This document shows positions 35,501-48,235 of a stretch of 64,000 bases of DNA, in pieces (the stretch's first letter is position 1; the number at the start of each line of letters is the position of its first letter). The stretch lies in the NCBI RefSeq assembly GCF_964204645.1, contig NC_134031.1, positions 2,790,001 through 2,854,000 of the forward strand, in the 5' to 3' direction. Source of the stretch: Tubulanus polymorphus (taxonomy: Eukaryota; Animalia; Nemertea). The notes beneath the pieces were generated by a model that saw only the letters and a list, made by a program, of their open reading frames with translations, had not been told where the DNA came from and made no database searches. The translations under genes and the position numbers were made by a program.

Positions 35501-38500
35501 CAACCTATCACCAGCATTAGTATTAGTCTCAGACGGTTTGCAATCATTGAAAACTCGTTCCACGTCTCCAGTATTATTTCCAGACAAACCCTTCTCAACA
35601 TTTATATTTGCAGGATGTATATCATTATTTGTCGAGCACACTTCCATATTCGTATCCATCTGTTTGCCTTTCTGTGCAGCTGATTTCACAGGTGTACTAG
35701 TCAATAAAGCCTCTTTGAAAAATGATCCATTTGACGCGGATTTCAACTCTTCGGTGTTTTTAGCACCGTCTGATTTTACTCTTTTAGTAGAAGTGCTGCT
35801 AGTGACGGTATCTTCATTCATTCTGCGTTTCAAACCAGAAGGCGTGCTGACATCGATTAAAGACTGTTCTCCAAGATTTTGCGCGAGTCGTTCTGACGGT
35901 TCGTTTGTCGGCGAACCGTTCCGAGGAAGAGCCTCGACATTTTGACGTAATTTCGTAACGACCTGGATCACCGACGGCAGTGAATTTTGCACGAATAGTA
36001 GCAACGTTTGTTGTAAAGTTTCGACGTCATGAAGGCTGCCTGGTGCCGAAACCAACTGACGAGATTGTTCCAGTATCAAAGTCATCGTTTGGAATAAATG
36101 AGCGACTTGACGAAAATATTGAAGTTTTTGACCGCACGCTTCTCGACGTTCATTCAACTGCAGCAGAGCGTTGTTCAAATCACGACGTAATAAGTAAACG
36201 ACATCCATCCACACGCCAGACGTCGACTGATTCGCTTGATTCGTCGTTACGTCTGCCTGTTTGTTATTATTGTTATCATGGTTAGAAACGGAAGCGATAA
36301 CATCGAACGGTAAAGTCGAACCGAGCGAAGAACTGTTCCCAACCGCTTCGATAGTCGCGTCGGAATCTTGACTTTCTTGAGGAGATTTCAAAAGCGGTCG
36401 TAAATCTGAAAGCAAGTTTTCAAACCCATTTTAAAAATCTAATTCCTGTATGTCGTATCATTTAAAATGAGGACTTCATTTTCCAATAAATACCTTCATC
36501 AACGTTTTTTCCAGGTAGAAACAGTTCATCTTCGTTTACACTTACGGTTGACACGTCACTGCTGCTACCCGAATGTGCATGTTCTTTGTAATTCACATCT
36601 GTTTTAGATCCTTCAAAGAACAAGAAATCATCTAAATAGTGATAGTCATCAAGACGAAAGGACCATTTATGATATACAAGATAAATGAATATTCTGCACC
36701 ACTGCCTACGTGTTGCAGTAGGCCGTATTACCGGTATATGCATTAAATAGTGCAGAAACCTGGACAGACTTTTGGCCTTTACACCTCCTTGCATACGTCC
36801 ACTCATAGTCTTGGCAAAATATAGATTAATAACCACTGATACAACTCTATATCGTGTTGAGACGATGATATGTAAATAAAATATATATCGTTAAAATAAA
36901 ATATAGGATTGAACTAACCTGATGAAGCATCATTTGAGTTCAGATCATCAACTTCCATCTCCGTTACTTTCTGATCTTCATCTGCAGCATCACCATCACC
37001 ATCGATATCATCATTAATTGGCAGTTTTTTCTTGGCATCTTCATCGCAGTGAAAGTTAGGGATATCCGAGACTCTTTCGTTTCCGTCTGCGTCGCAATCG
37101 CAATCTTTACCGGGCCGACTTTCCCAGAATATGTAATCGTTATCGTCGTATCCATAATCGATCGGAGTGAAACCGACCGCGTTGCTGGCACTTTTTTTGG
37201 TTTCGATTAATTGTAAACCGCTGACCGATGACAAAGCGTTCAAACTCGTCGACGGGGTTACATCCAATCCAGCGAGAAGATCTTCACTTCTCGATACACT
37301 GCGCGTATGCAACGTGTAGCCTTTCAAGAAATGGTTGCCTACTGGTGCAGATAGTACCTCAGATGTACCCGAATTGCTGCAGCTGCTGCTGCAAGAGCTG
37401 ATAGAGTGCGTAGATGGAGCGACTACAACTGGGATATCGGAATTGGTTAAAACTTCAGAAGCCTTCGCGTCTTTCTTTTTATCTTCGCTATCATCATCGT
37501 CCGTATCTGTAAATTTTAGCTTTCTAATTCTCGATAAAGACGGGGTGATCTCCTCGCGTGACTGCTTCGCTATACGAGGGCTTCGCCGCGGACGCCCGAA
37601 TTTACGTACGAAACGAGGACTTCGTCGCGGGATATGAACATTCGTCGCGGTCGGATAAACGACGTCGCTGCTCGAGGACGGCGAAGCCGACGAAGCAGAC
37701 GCCTTCCATTCGGGATCTTCTTCGTATCGATGATGAACCTCTTTAGTCATCGACGACGGTTTTTTCTCGTGGCGTTTACTATGAATTATACGTATTCTAG
37801 GAATTCCTCCCGTAGCGACGGGCACTAACTCGGCGTGCATACTGCTTTCGCGTTCTTCCAATGAAAGATTAGTCGAAACGTTATTTTGTTCTTCGACGGA
37901 CTTCGTCGTCATAGTTGTAGTCGACACCTGATCGACTTCATCAGTTCGTCGAGTATCACTGCATTGAGCACTTAGGCTTTGAACCATAGAATTCGAAGGT
38001 TGAATTGGAACTGAAACTGTCTGTTTGCATTCAACTTGTCGGTTTGTCGGCGCTTTTTGGAGCCGATCTTTGTTGATTCTAGCTCCGAGTCTTTTTTTCA
38101 AAGGTTTCCGACTTAAGGTGACATTGTCAGGTATAGGTGTTTCTGGTTCAGACATTGCTACTATACCATCTCGGGACGTGGTACTTTTACAAGAAGTTTG
38201 TTGGCTGTCTTCATATTTTGGAACTATAACAACAGGCGCATTAGCTGCAGGTTGATGATATATTGCGCAAGACGGTATTGCCAGCGGGAATGCAGCTACT
38301 GAATGTGGTAGTACACAGGCCTGCTGTACCGCTGCAGAGCCGTAAACTGTACTAGGCCATCTAATTTCTTCGGATAAAGATGCACCTGACATACCATGTC
38401 CAATGATACAAACATTTGAATTTGTATCAGTAGCCGTTGACTGATCGAGCAGGGACCAATGCATTTGATCCTGGACCCAATCGGGTGTAATAGCTGATTC

Positions 38501-41454
38501 TATACTCGATCGATTCCTTAACGTAATCGTCGGAGTACTAGACGCGCATTCGGTAGGTACGACCACCGGTGTTTTCAACACTTCACTCTGCTTCGCCGTA
38601 TGAATTTCTACACCTTCATTTGCTTGATTCGTCGATGCCGCGACCGAGGGTATGACTAAAACAGGGTCATTACCGGCGTTCTTTTGGCAGTTATTGCGAC
38701 ACATTTGGAAAGTATACAGCGGAGGATCACGAGAATTCAACGCGGAATTGGTGTTAGTAGCGCTGCTCGAGCTCAACATCGATAAACTTGAATTCAGCTC
38801 GAAATTCAGTTTTGGAGATACCCATCGATTTCCGGTCTCAGTTGAAGACTGATTGTTCATCATCGGAGTTGTACGTTCTTTATCAAGACTATTTGCTGTT
38901 AGTTTGACATTCTTTACACGATTCTTTCTTACATCGATGTCCTTATTGCCTTGACGTGGAACAACATCCGAAGCGCTAGTTTGATTAATTTCATTGCTTT
39001 TCACAGTAGTCGGCAGTCGAGAGCAGCCCTGGCCTGGAATCGACAACTGTTTATTCGTATTATTAGGCTCGACCAATGCTGCGTTACTCCTCGGTATAGT
39101 ACCCGAGTCCATTACATTTCTAGTCGAATTCAACCGCGTGTTTAGAACGCCTTGGTGCGAAACCTTCGCATTATCTAAATTGGGAGCTAAACGTTGTATC
39201 GATTCCTTATTATTTCCGTTATCGTTATAACTCTGCATCATCATCGTAGCGTCTACGAGCGTGCCGTCCTGCGTGTTGATGTAACCGTACACGGACGGCG
39301 TCATCTTCAGGTGGAACGTTTTTTGTTTCGGCCCGACCGCGACGGGAATCGACTGGCCGTCAATCGCGCCGCAGTACAACATCAACTCGGCCAAATTCGG
39401 CTTGTAAACGTAACAACGATCGAGACACATGCAGAAACACGGCATGAACGGAATGTTATGTTTACGGTAGTAGTAGTACGAGTTGAGCATCAGAGTGCTC
39501 AGCACCGGCGGTAAAGACGATAGAATATAGTTCGGCATCGACGCGATCGGAATGTGATATTTATAGACCAATAACGGCGGGTAAATATGATCACTTGAGG
39601 CTACCTGAAATAAATTTCAGATCATTCAAATGATACCAATCGATTCAACCCTTTCAGTGCTTCTACACCGCAGTGCGGTGTATGTAATGGACTATGTAAT
39701 CAGTTATGGTCTTTGCTACTAGTACACCGCTCTTCGGTGTACTAGTAATGAGTTTTTTTATCTAGTCTTTTGAAAGATGGCAGCACCTATCAAGCATAGT
39801 GAAATAGTGGTAATTAACAATACACCGCACTATAGCGGTATGCCTGTCATTCAACACACTGGGGTGGAATTTTTGAAAATTTTCAAATAACTTCCAGCAC
39901 TTTTGGGTATCAATTAGTCAGCGTTTAAATATAATCCACAGAGTACCTCTAAGGCGTATAGCACACAACCAAGGAGCCAGAATCCTTACTTAGATTAAGG
40001 CCAATGAGTTGAAATCTTTTCATTTCAGTTCGCCAAATCTGGCTTTTACTGTAATTCATACAAATTAAGTTTTCTTACCTTATCAACTGAGTACGGAGCC
40101 ATGTAGATCGGTTTACTATGATTCACTGAGCTGATGATTGCGTTGCTGCTGATACTCGGGGTGGTGCTGGTGCTGCTGCTATTCAGGGTGGTGCTGCTGT
40201 TACTGGTACTGATATTCGTCGTCAAACGTTTCGATGATGACATGTGACACTTTCGAATTGTTAAATCCAGCGGTTGTTCACTTTCACCGCAGCGAACACT
40301 TTCATTCGAGGGTCGTCCTTTAACGGGGTCATTTTGAGGAACGCGAAGATTGCTGCTCTCAGCAGACGACAATTTCGAAATATTGTTTCCAAGTTGCAAT
40401 TGTTGCGCGATGGATTTATTTGAATTTTGCCGAATCGTAGCAGGAACTGTATCCCTGATCAAAGGTGCTGTCAATGCGGAAAGTCGAGAAATTTCACAAT
40501 TTGTGTCCTTGAAACTCTGAGGTCGATGGGCATCAGTCCTGCCCTTTTGATATCTACGGGCTTCAATAATTGCACTTCTCTGAGCTTCACGGGCATAGCC
40601 ACTCTGAGATCCACGGGCATCAGTTCTGCCATTCTGAGATCCACGGGTATCAGTTCTGCCATTCTGAGATCCACGGGTATCAGTTCTGCCATTCTGAGAT
40701 CCACCAGCATCAGTTCTGCCACTCTGAAGTCCACCAGCATCAGTTCTGCCATTCTGAGGTCGACCAGCATCAGTTCTCTCACTGGCATGCATATAAACCG
40801 TTTTTGAGGTTAGCGGTTTATCTAATACAGCAGTAACTGTAGCGGAGGCTGCCGAAGTTTGTCGTACTGACGGTGAATACGTCGGTGGTGGCGCCACAGG
40901 TATATGCCTCCAGGTCTGCGAGGTAGACAACTTTGACGAAAGAACAATGATTTTCTTATTATCCACAAATGGCTTCTTTTCATCCTGAAAATTTGAAACG
41001 TAAAATTGAGAGGCAAACAAATAGAAATAGAAATATTTAAAATCTAGGCCCTAGCTTGCAGACCTACGTAACTGTAGTGTAGGCCTATCTAATTTTAATC
41101 ATCATGCCAAGGGAAGAGAAATGGAAAGCCTAGAACATATAGAATAGGCCTACACGTAGGCTATTTGTAGTTCAACTTTTTGCCTAGCCTTTACTGAACA
41201 GTGAGGGTCAGATGGTCAGAACAGAACGACAAAACATTAGGCCTACCAAAAAAGTCAAGGTCGAAGCTGTGGACGGATGGAGTTGTTTCAGTGTGGAATG
41301 GAAGTAGAAAATGGTGCCCGGTGGGACCCGGTGGAAATTGGTCCACAGATTGTTTTTTTATTGTCCCACCACGGTCCACGGACACGGTCTTGTGTAGCTG
41401 TAGCCTGTGTAGTTAGTGTTGGGCAGTTGAAGTTGGGTTGGGGAAACTCACCAT
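32526..41454 (-). CDS. Large (~2,150 aa) mostly low-complexity protein with a single C-terminal bromodomain
   Basis: ATG-only first coding exon at 41454-41452 (ATG|GTGAGT), then in-phase exons 40984-40079, 39604-36919, 36405-34298, 34206-34113, 33947-33872 and 33737-33560. The junction near 33480-33210 is uncertain. Bromodomain exons 33209-33132, 33053-32907 and 32816-32726 (CMKILDDMW...DYYAVVKYPMWLDWI..KL..RKY..IQQFVSDFRRIFRNCRIYN), last exon 32617-32526. Confidence 0.75.
39649..39907. mobile_element. Decayed piggyBac-like non-autonomous element in an intron
   Basis: CCCTTTCAGTGCT...AGCACTTTTGGG ends and three internal TACACCGC...GCGGT(G)TA hairpins. The TTAA target site is not intact. Confidence 0.4.
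40590..40778 (-). repeat. Coding 30-bp tandem repeat (~6 copies of the decapeptide GRTDAxGSQN)
   Basis: Unit CATCAGTTCTGCCATTCTGAGATCCACGGG repeated with substitutions, in the frame of ORF 40046..41020. Confidence 0.9.
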
Positions 41455-42001
41455 TCTACTACTATCTATGTCTCCCTCCTCATATCAATTAGCTGATCAC
41501 AGATCAGTACCGGGCAGAACAGAGTGCTTGAATATCGGTATCACAAATGAATTATTCAGTATCAGATATAATAACACGAGTTTATCAACAAACAACAGCA
41601 CGTGACGAAAAATCTCCAAATCGGAAAATCCAGCAATTCAAATTTTTTCGTATTTCCGGGTTAGGTGGCAGCACTGTACGGTACACTGTTTAAACTGGTG
41701 AAGCGTAGCGGCCTGCAAAAACCGAAATGTTTCCAATGTCTCCGTTTTTAACGCATGCGCATTATAGTGATTTTACAGTTCACCCCAAACTTCAAATACG
41801 AGCCCCTGTGATAAGGTCATTACTCGAGGATCGCAGCTATATCGTCATGGCACTGCGTCGTACACCCCTCCAAGTAATTAAAAATGCCTCATATATCTCC
41901 CCTCAATTGAATCGAGGAGTTTTTTGTAATGAAAATCTGTCTATTGACGGGATTCTGTGATAACAGTATGAATGATGAATAATCGTGAATACATGGTATT
42001 A

Positions 42002-42686
42002 TGCTAGGTTCACACACACGATTTTTCGTCGAGGAATCGAGCAACTCACAGTCGAGGACAACTATTTTGAAGTGAGTCATGTGTGTGAACGAAAAAGTTG
42101 CTCGATTTTCCTCGACACAACTCTAGTCTCGACTAGTTGAGAGAAATAGAACATGTTCTATTTCTCTCAACTCAGTCGAGGAGTTGAGAGAAATCTAACC
42201 AATCAACATGCAGTATATTCGCGCGCATTTTAATAGTCTTCCTTTCTGGTAAGAGAGGGCAATATATTTCTACAATTTCTACAATAAAAGAATAAACCTT
42301 TTAAATCTCATCAATCGCATGTCTATCAGATAATTGATATATGAGACTCATGAATTCTCTTTAAAATTTCTGGAGTCAGGCGGTACCAGGATCCCCTAAC
42401 ACCGGGCATGATATATCCATATGGATGCTGGATAGGCCAAAGTCGTTTTATCACAATTATCTTTTTGATTTCTGCTTAAATTGCGATTTCTTGTTCATCC
42501 TTCTATGCCTTCTATGCACTGCTGCATCTACGCCCAGCTGGAGTTGTGTGAATTATGCTGTGTGTGTGAACACACATTTTGACACAACTTTGTTTATTTA
42601 TCTAACCGGGTCAGAAGTTTAGAAATCGAGAAGTTGAGACAACTTCTCAATTTTCTCTTCAAAAAGTCGTGTGTGTGAACCCAGCA
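42002..42686. mobile_element. PIF/Harbinger non-autonomous element, 685 bp, TTA TSD
   Basis: TTA|TGCTAGGTTCACACACACGA...TCGTGTGTGTGAACCCAGCA|TTA, with internal palindrome GTTGAGAGAAATAGAACATGTTCTATTTCTCTCAAC. Confidence 0.8.
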
Positions 42687-43399
42687 TTAGTGGGTTTTCC
42701 CCCAGACTCAAATAGACCGCTTACTCGTGCATGTGAGGTAGTTATCTCGGGGTGCATGAACTGTCCGTGACTAATAAACTAATTTCATTAGTAAATGTTT
42801 ACGCGGTTTCTATGATAGGAAGACCTGTGTTGGTGTGAATCTGAACTGGAAGTGCTATCGGTCGGTATAATTTATAAATTATTCTAGAATTTAAGAAAAA
42901 TAAAACAGGCGTATGCTTATAAATTCGGAAGTAGCTGTTGGGAATCAAGTAATTTATTTCATGGCCTTATTAAAGTTCCTCCACTATATTGTTCAGCTGA
43001 CTACTGGCGCGTATTCAACCCGGCGGTGGAACCTCATAATGTAAATCCAATCAACAATAGAGACACAATTGCGGGTTTTCAGAGTTGTTGATATCATTCT
43101 GACACGCGCTATTGAATACGTCACCGCTGACCACGGTGTACACAAGCATAGACCATTCACCTCAGCTTACTCACACTGTGAACATGCTACCGTGGATTCT
43201 CCTCCTGGCGATTTTCGCTGCGCTCCCGCTCCTGCTCCTGTTCCTGCTTCCTGAGGAACGACGTCTTCATGTTTTATGTGTTACTGTTCGTCTCTGTGCT
43301 GTCCTGTACTGTTCCGTGTTCATTAATCCGTTCTATTTTTCAGCAATTAACCCGTTTTGTTTTTCAGGGCCGATTTCTCTGTCGAATTTCAACGTTTGC

Positions 43400-43630
43400 T
43401 GGAACAAAACTAATGTCCGAAAGCGTCAGCTCTCCTTCGCCGGTCATGTGTCGAGGATGTCAGACAAAGAGTCGGTCAGGAAATTCTGCCCTCTACACGC
43501 CCTCATACGGAACACGAAAACCAGGATGACGAGGCCTCACTGCCCCCACCTATCTACAAAGTGTGCTGAGTGATGTCAATGACGGGCATATCTGCGGGAT
43601 TGCGCGGGATACAAATGGAGCGGTTATACT
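43400..43630 (+). mobile_element. Non-LTR retrotransposon (RTE/L2-like) 3' RT-end remnant
   Basis: Translates to VRKRQLSFAGHVSRMSDKESVRKF, matching the 'RQL.WAGHV.RM' C-terminal motif of LINE ORF2. Frameshifted afterwards. Confidence 0.6.
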
Positions 43631-43642
43631 GGATTGTCACGC

Positions 43643-43912
43643 TACTAGCATTCATTGTGTCCTTGTGACCGCCCGGATGAGGGATGATTCTACTGTCACG
43701 CTCTTTGTTTCTGGTATTCTGAGTCGGCTGAGGGATGATTCTACTGTCACGCTCTTTGATTTCTAGTTTGAGTGCTAGTTTTCATTGTGTCCTTGTGACA
43801 ACCCCGGTCAGTGGATGAAGTCTCTTGTCGGCTTGTGAGTGCTAGTTTCATTGTGTCCTTGTGACAACCTCGGTCAGTGGATGAAGTCTCTTGTCACGCT
43901 TTTGAGTGCTAG
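43643..43912. repeat. Short tandem duplications between the two LINE remnants
   Basis: Three copies of CTAG..TTCATTGTGTCCTTGTGAC, two of TGAGGGATGATTCTACTGTCACGCTCTTTG and two of CGGTCAGTGGATGAAGTCTCTTGTC. Confidence 0.75.
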
Positions 43913-43949
43913 TTGAGATCCTGAATCTCAACCCGGTCAAGCTGGTTGT

Positions 43950-44180
43950 ACTGCGCCATTTGTGTTTCGTGCAATTTAACAGGTGTGTCAGTTACTGACG
44001 TCGCCCAGTACATCCTGCAGTTAGATGGGGAATGTAAGGCGTTGTCATTCTGGTTTCCGCGTTCAGTGTGAGGGCGTGTAGAGGGCAGTATATTCCTGGC
44101 TGGCTCATTGTCTGGTGTTCTCGGCATGTGACCAGCGACGGAGAGCTGATAGCTTTCGAACATTAGTTTTGTTCCGTACC
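43950..44180 (-). mobile_element. Second LINE RT-end remnant, inverted relative to 43400-43630
   Basis: Translates to FESYQLSVAGHMPRTPDNEPARNI. Nucleotide similarity to the + copy (GGAACAAAACTAATGT.CGAAAGC). Confidence 0.55.
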
Positions 44181-47100
44181 AGGTTTTCATCGCTCTTCTC
44201 TTTTTTTTCATTTCAGGACTCCCAAGAAGTTGAAGAAGATGCTGAAGGTGACTACAACGAAGACGATGCCAAAAAAGAACACTGAACTCAGCAATATTAA
44301 AAGTTAAGTTGATACACATGTAAATTACGATGCGTGATACGGAAAGGATTGTGTAACTACAGAATATCGTTCTTTTACTCATTTCAGGTTAATCCGGAAA
44401 GGCCCATCTAAAATCTGCCCACCAGAAGTGCCCACAAAAGACTCCACCTTGAAGTACCACCAAACACCTGTCGCAAAGACCTGTTGCAACCGAACCTGGC
44501 AGTCTTGCATGGCTCATCCCGCATGGCAACAGGAATACATACATACATAAAGCTAAGTTGATTTTTCATATCTGGGGTAGAATGCATAGGCGCTGGTCAA
44601 GCTCTCCATCTCCGCACTACTTTATTGAGGCTCTGTGGCCGGTAGTAAATTGAAATATAGCTAGGCAATGATTGCTTGAATATTTACAATATTAGACGAA
44701 ATGATTGAGTGAGGTCCTTGAAATATTCTTTGGTCTGATAATTAAAATGTAGATTGGTCAGTTATTGATTAAAAGATTTTGTAAGTACGTACAATTAAGG
44801 TAAATTCAATATCTTATGTGACATTTGAAATTATTCGAATGTACCGTAGATATTTCAGGCCTCATATGACTATTGTTTAACTGACAATCAAGATCTAGAT
44901 AGGACAATTTTTACTAAAAGATATATCAATTAAACTTTATCGTTGGTTGATAGATATTTCTTTACAAATAATATATTGATAAATCTATTAAGATTGAGGC
45001 CATACTTTACAATATATACTGTGTGCTGCCTCACACATAACAGTTATGAATTTCATAAGATAGTGTCTAGGGCTCTATCGAGGTCTGGTGTTATATGGGG
45101 AAAACTATGGACTACAGGTCTTTATGAAACAGTGATTTGGTCTCAACACTTGATAAATCCAGAATAAACCAAAGCTTTAATTGATTTAATTCATTCCTGA
45201 AACACTGCGTCCTGTTTTGGGCGACGCATGATAATTGTTGTTCGACTGACAATTAGCATACAGCCAGGAAAAATGGCTTAGATATTCACAATTAAGATGA
45301 ATTCATTATTTGATGTTAGATCAAAAACTTTTTATATCATAAATATTTATTGAAATATAGCTGAAATATACAATATATTTGAGCACATCTATAAGTGAAT
45401 CAGTCTCATTGACTGATCAGTTCTGTAACGCCAACTGCCGCGCTTACGACGACTAGCCATGCTTTTCATAATTGGCAAAATTTACTCAAACCTAACTGAT
45501 TCAATTAATATCTAAAAGCCATACTGTGTGTCAAGTGACGCATATTAGATATAGTTTAACTGAAAATTAGAATCTAAGATGAATTACTCATTAACGTATT
45601 ACTTAGATCGATTAAGGTTAATTCAATTGTTATGTGAAATTATTTCTAATTCCATGGACATTTAAAATGTAGCTGATACATGTGTATCTAAGCACATTTA
45701 TTTATCTGTATCTAAGTGAACCTAGGGTGTCTTCACACAGCTGTATTAGTTTTGATACATATTGCCAAAATCATCTAACGCAGATTTACTTCCGATCGAA
45801 TCTGTGCACAAATACATTCCTGGATTTGGAAGGGGGAATATTTCAATTTCACTGTGTATATCAGATTGAAAGCCTTATTGTGACAGGATATCCTAAACTT
45901 AGGTCTTATTCCTCTTGCTAATAGCTCTCTTTTACTAACCCCTCTCCTTCAAACTATTTTCTAGCATCATGACTCGCACCGCACCAGGGAGGTCCGGTCA
46001 TAACAAGGTCTTTTGGTCCTTATACACAGTGAACTATATAATAGCCATTCGGCTAAGGGAATTTCTAATTTACCACTAAAGATATGCTTTTTTATCTTTA
46101 ATTTCTGATGAATTCAAATAGTGACGAATTCACCACATCTGAAATTCTACTCATGTAGATTTTCAGGCTCCATATGAATATTGTTCAACTGACTATTAAA
46201 ATATAGCTAGTATGATTACTAATTAATGGTTCGCTTAGATACCTAGAATTTAATTAAAATTAATTCAATGTAATGAATATAAGTGAAACTTATTCAAAAT
46301 TGCACAGTGGATGAGACGACTGTATCGCGCAATGTCATCTGCGTCTATTTGGGCCACATGTGTGTGTGGGATCTGTTGAATCAGTTAGGTTTTGGGGGAT
46401 TCTAGGTTAGTTAAGCTAGGTATCAAAAGCTCTGATGCAAAATTAGCAGTTTAAATAGTGATTAATTCTTCTCGTGTAGAAATTTAAAGCCCCATATGAA
46501 ATATTGTCCGAGACAATTTCAATTATAGCTAGGACATTTTCAATTAACTTATAGATTAGGTATCTAATTCAGCATCTTCATATAAGGTAAAAGTGCTCAA
46601 ATCTAAACCATAGGGGTTGATAAGTATAATTCAATATTGGTTGATATATAAAGAATACTGGGTATGTTTTAACTCTGTCTCTTGTGCGTGGGATTTATTG
46701 AATCTTTAAGGCTTTGCAGAATTCTGGATTTGTCGAGTTGTGGGAATGATTCGAGGTTTCTTAAATCTGTAGAACCATGTTACTTATAGGATCAGTGTGC
46801 TCAATGCTGGCAGCGCACTCACTCTTCAGTTAGTTATATTATCATAATTACAAAATCATTGTATATATTAGGAGCAATATTTAGAATTAATGAAATGGAT
46901 TAGAATACCATTCACTGGGTACAGATGTCGCCATCTGTGGGTAGAAAACATCTCTTAAGTTTATTAACTGACGATGAAGTAAATTTGATAATACGAACAT
47001 GGTTTAGCTGACAATCGAAATATGTATAGGCCAATATTACTAGCAGGTTTGCACTGTATGATGGGCCTGGGTTTCAATAAAAGACACATCAAGAATTTCA

Positions 47101-47547
47101 AGAAGATAGAAGAGAAAACAGTTCAAAAACGATTTGATAAGATTGATTTTGCATTACTAAATTTGTTGTAACTCTGGTATTCCTAGAGATGACTATAGAT
47201 GCTTTAGTTGAATTGTTGTTAAACTATAATAATCAACCATTGCTTAGATATTTAGAATATAGATGAATTACTATATGAGTTGAATTTCATAAATATCATT
47301 TAAGACTATTATTAAAATCTACGTATCGATCCACGTTGCTGATCTTATATATGAATTGACATGATAATTATGATCAGTGATATTCCAAAGGATTTTCTGC
47401 TCAAAAGGTTCTGCTCTTTTCTTCAGCTTGCCGTTTCAGACTGATTGGAAGATAGTTTGAATGAACCGGAATCAAATTTCCCAATTATGTACTTCGATTT
47501 CAGACATACTCGAGAAAAACTACAATAAACTTTTAAATATTAGACAA

Positions 47548-48235
47548 ATTTAAACGGTGAAAATGACAAAAAAATTAAACTTAGACAAAATTCTCCCACC
47601 TTGTAAACTTTCGGACTAGTTACATGAAAAAAAGACCAAATATTGTAAAATATAGTTATTTCCAAAGTCTCGATGTATTAAATTAGGCAGAAAAAAAATA
47701 GATAAAATTATTCAACCTTGTAAACTTTCGGACTAGTTACATGAGAAAAAGACCAAATATTGTAAAATATAGTTATTTCCTAAATCTCGATGTTTTCAAT
47801 TAGGCAGAAAAAAATAGATAAAATTATTCAACCTTGTAAACTTTCGGACTAGTTACATAAAAAAAAAGACCAAATATTGTAAAATATAGTTATTTCCAAA
47901 ATCTCGATGTATTAAATAAGGCAGAAAAAAAATAGATAAAATTATTCAACCTTGTAAACTTTCGGACTAGTTACATGAAAACAAGACCAAATATTGAAAT
48001 ATATAGTTATTTCCAAAATCTCGATGTATTAAATTAGGCAGAAAAAAAGTTAACCCCAATCAGTCACTTAATATGTGCTTTGACTATTTAAACGGTGAAA
48101 ACGACCAAAAAAATTGAAGTTAGACAAAATTATTAAACATTGTAAACTTTCGGACTAGTTACATTAAAAAAGACCAAATATTGTAAAATTATCTTCAACA
48201 ATATAGTTATTTCCAAAATCAGAATTAGGCAGAAT
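47548..48235. repeat. ~117-bp tandem satellite, 4 adjacent copies plus 1 displaced copy
   Basis: TTGTAAACTTTCGGACTAGTTACAT starts at 47601, 47718, 47834, 47952 and 48140. A leader TTTAAACGGTGAAAA.GAC precedes the first and fifth copies. Confidence 0.9.

Noticed and set aside
35283-39514. Plus-strand ORFs up to 220 aa opposite the bromodomain gene
   Set aside because: Antisense shadows of long coding exons with no recognisable motifs.
44388-44550. Cys-containing secreted peptide or toxin exon (..KICPP..KTCCNRTWQSCM..)
   Set aside because: It cannot be joined in frame to the hydrophobic leader at ~43184 or the 44217 exon with canonical splice sites. Kept only under the lncRNA candidate.
47548-48235. 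CRISPR-like array
   Set aside because: Whole ~117-bp units are repeated with no unique spacers, there are no cas genes, and the context is eukaryotic.
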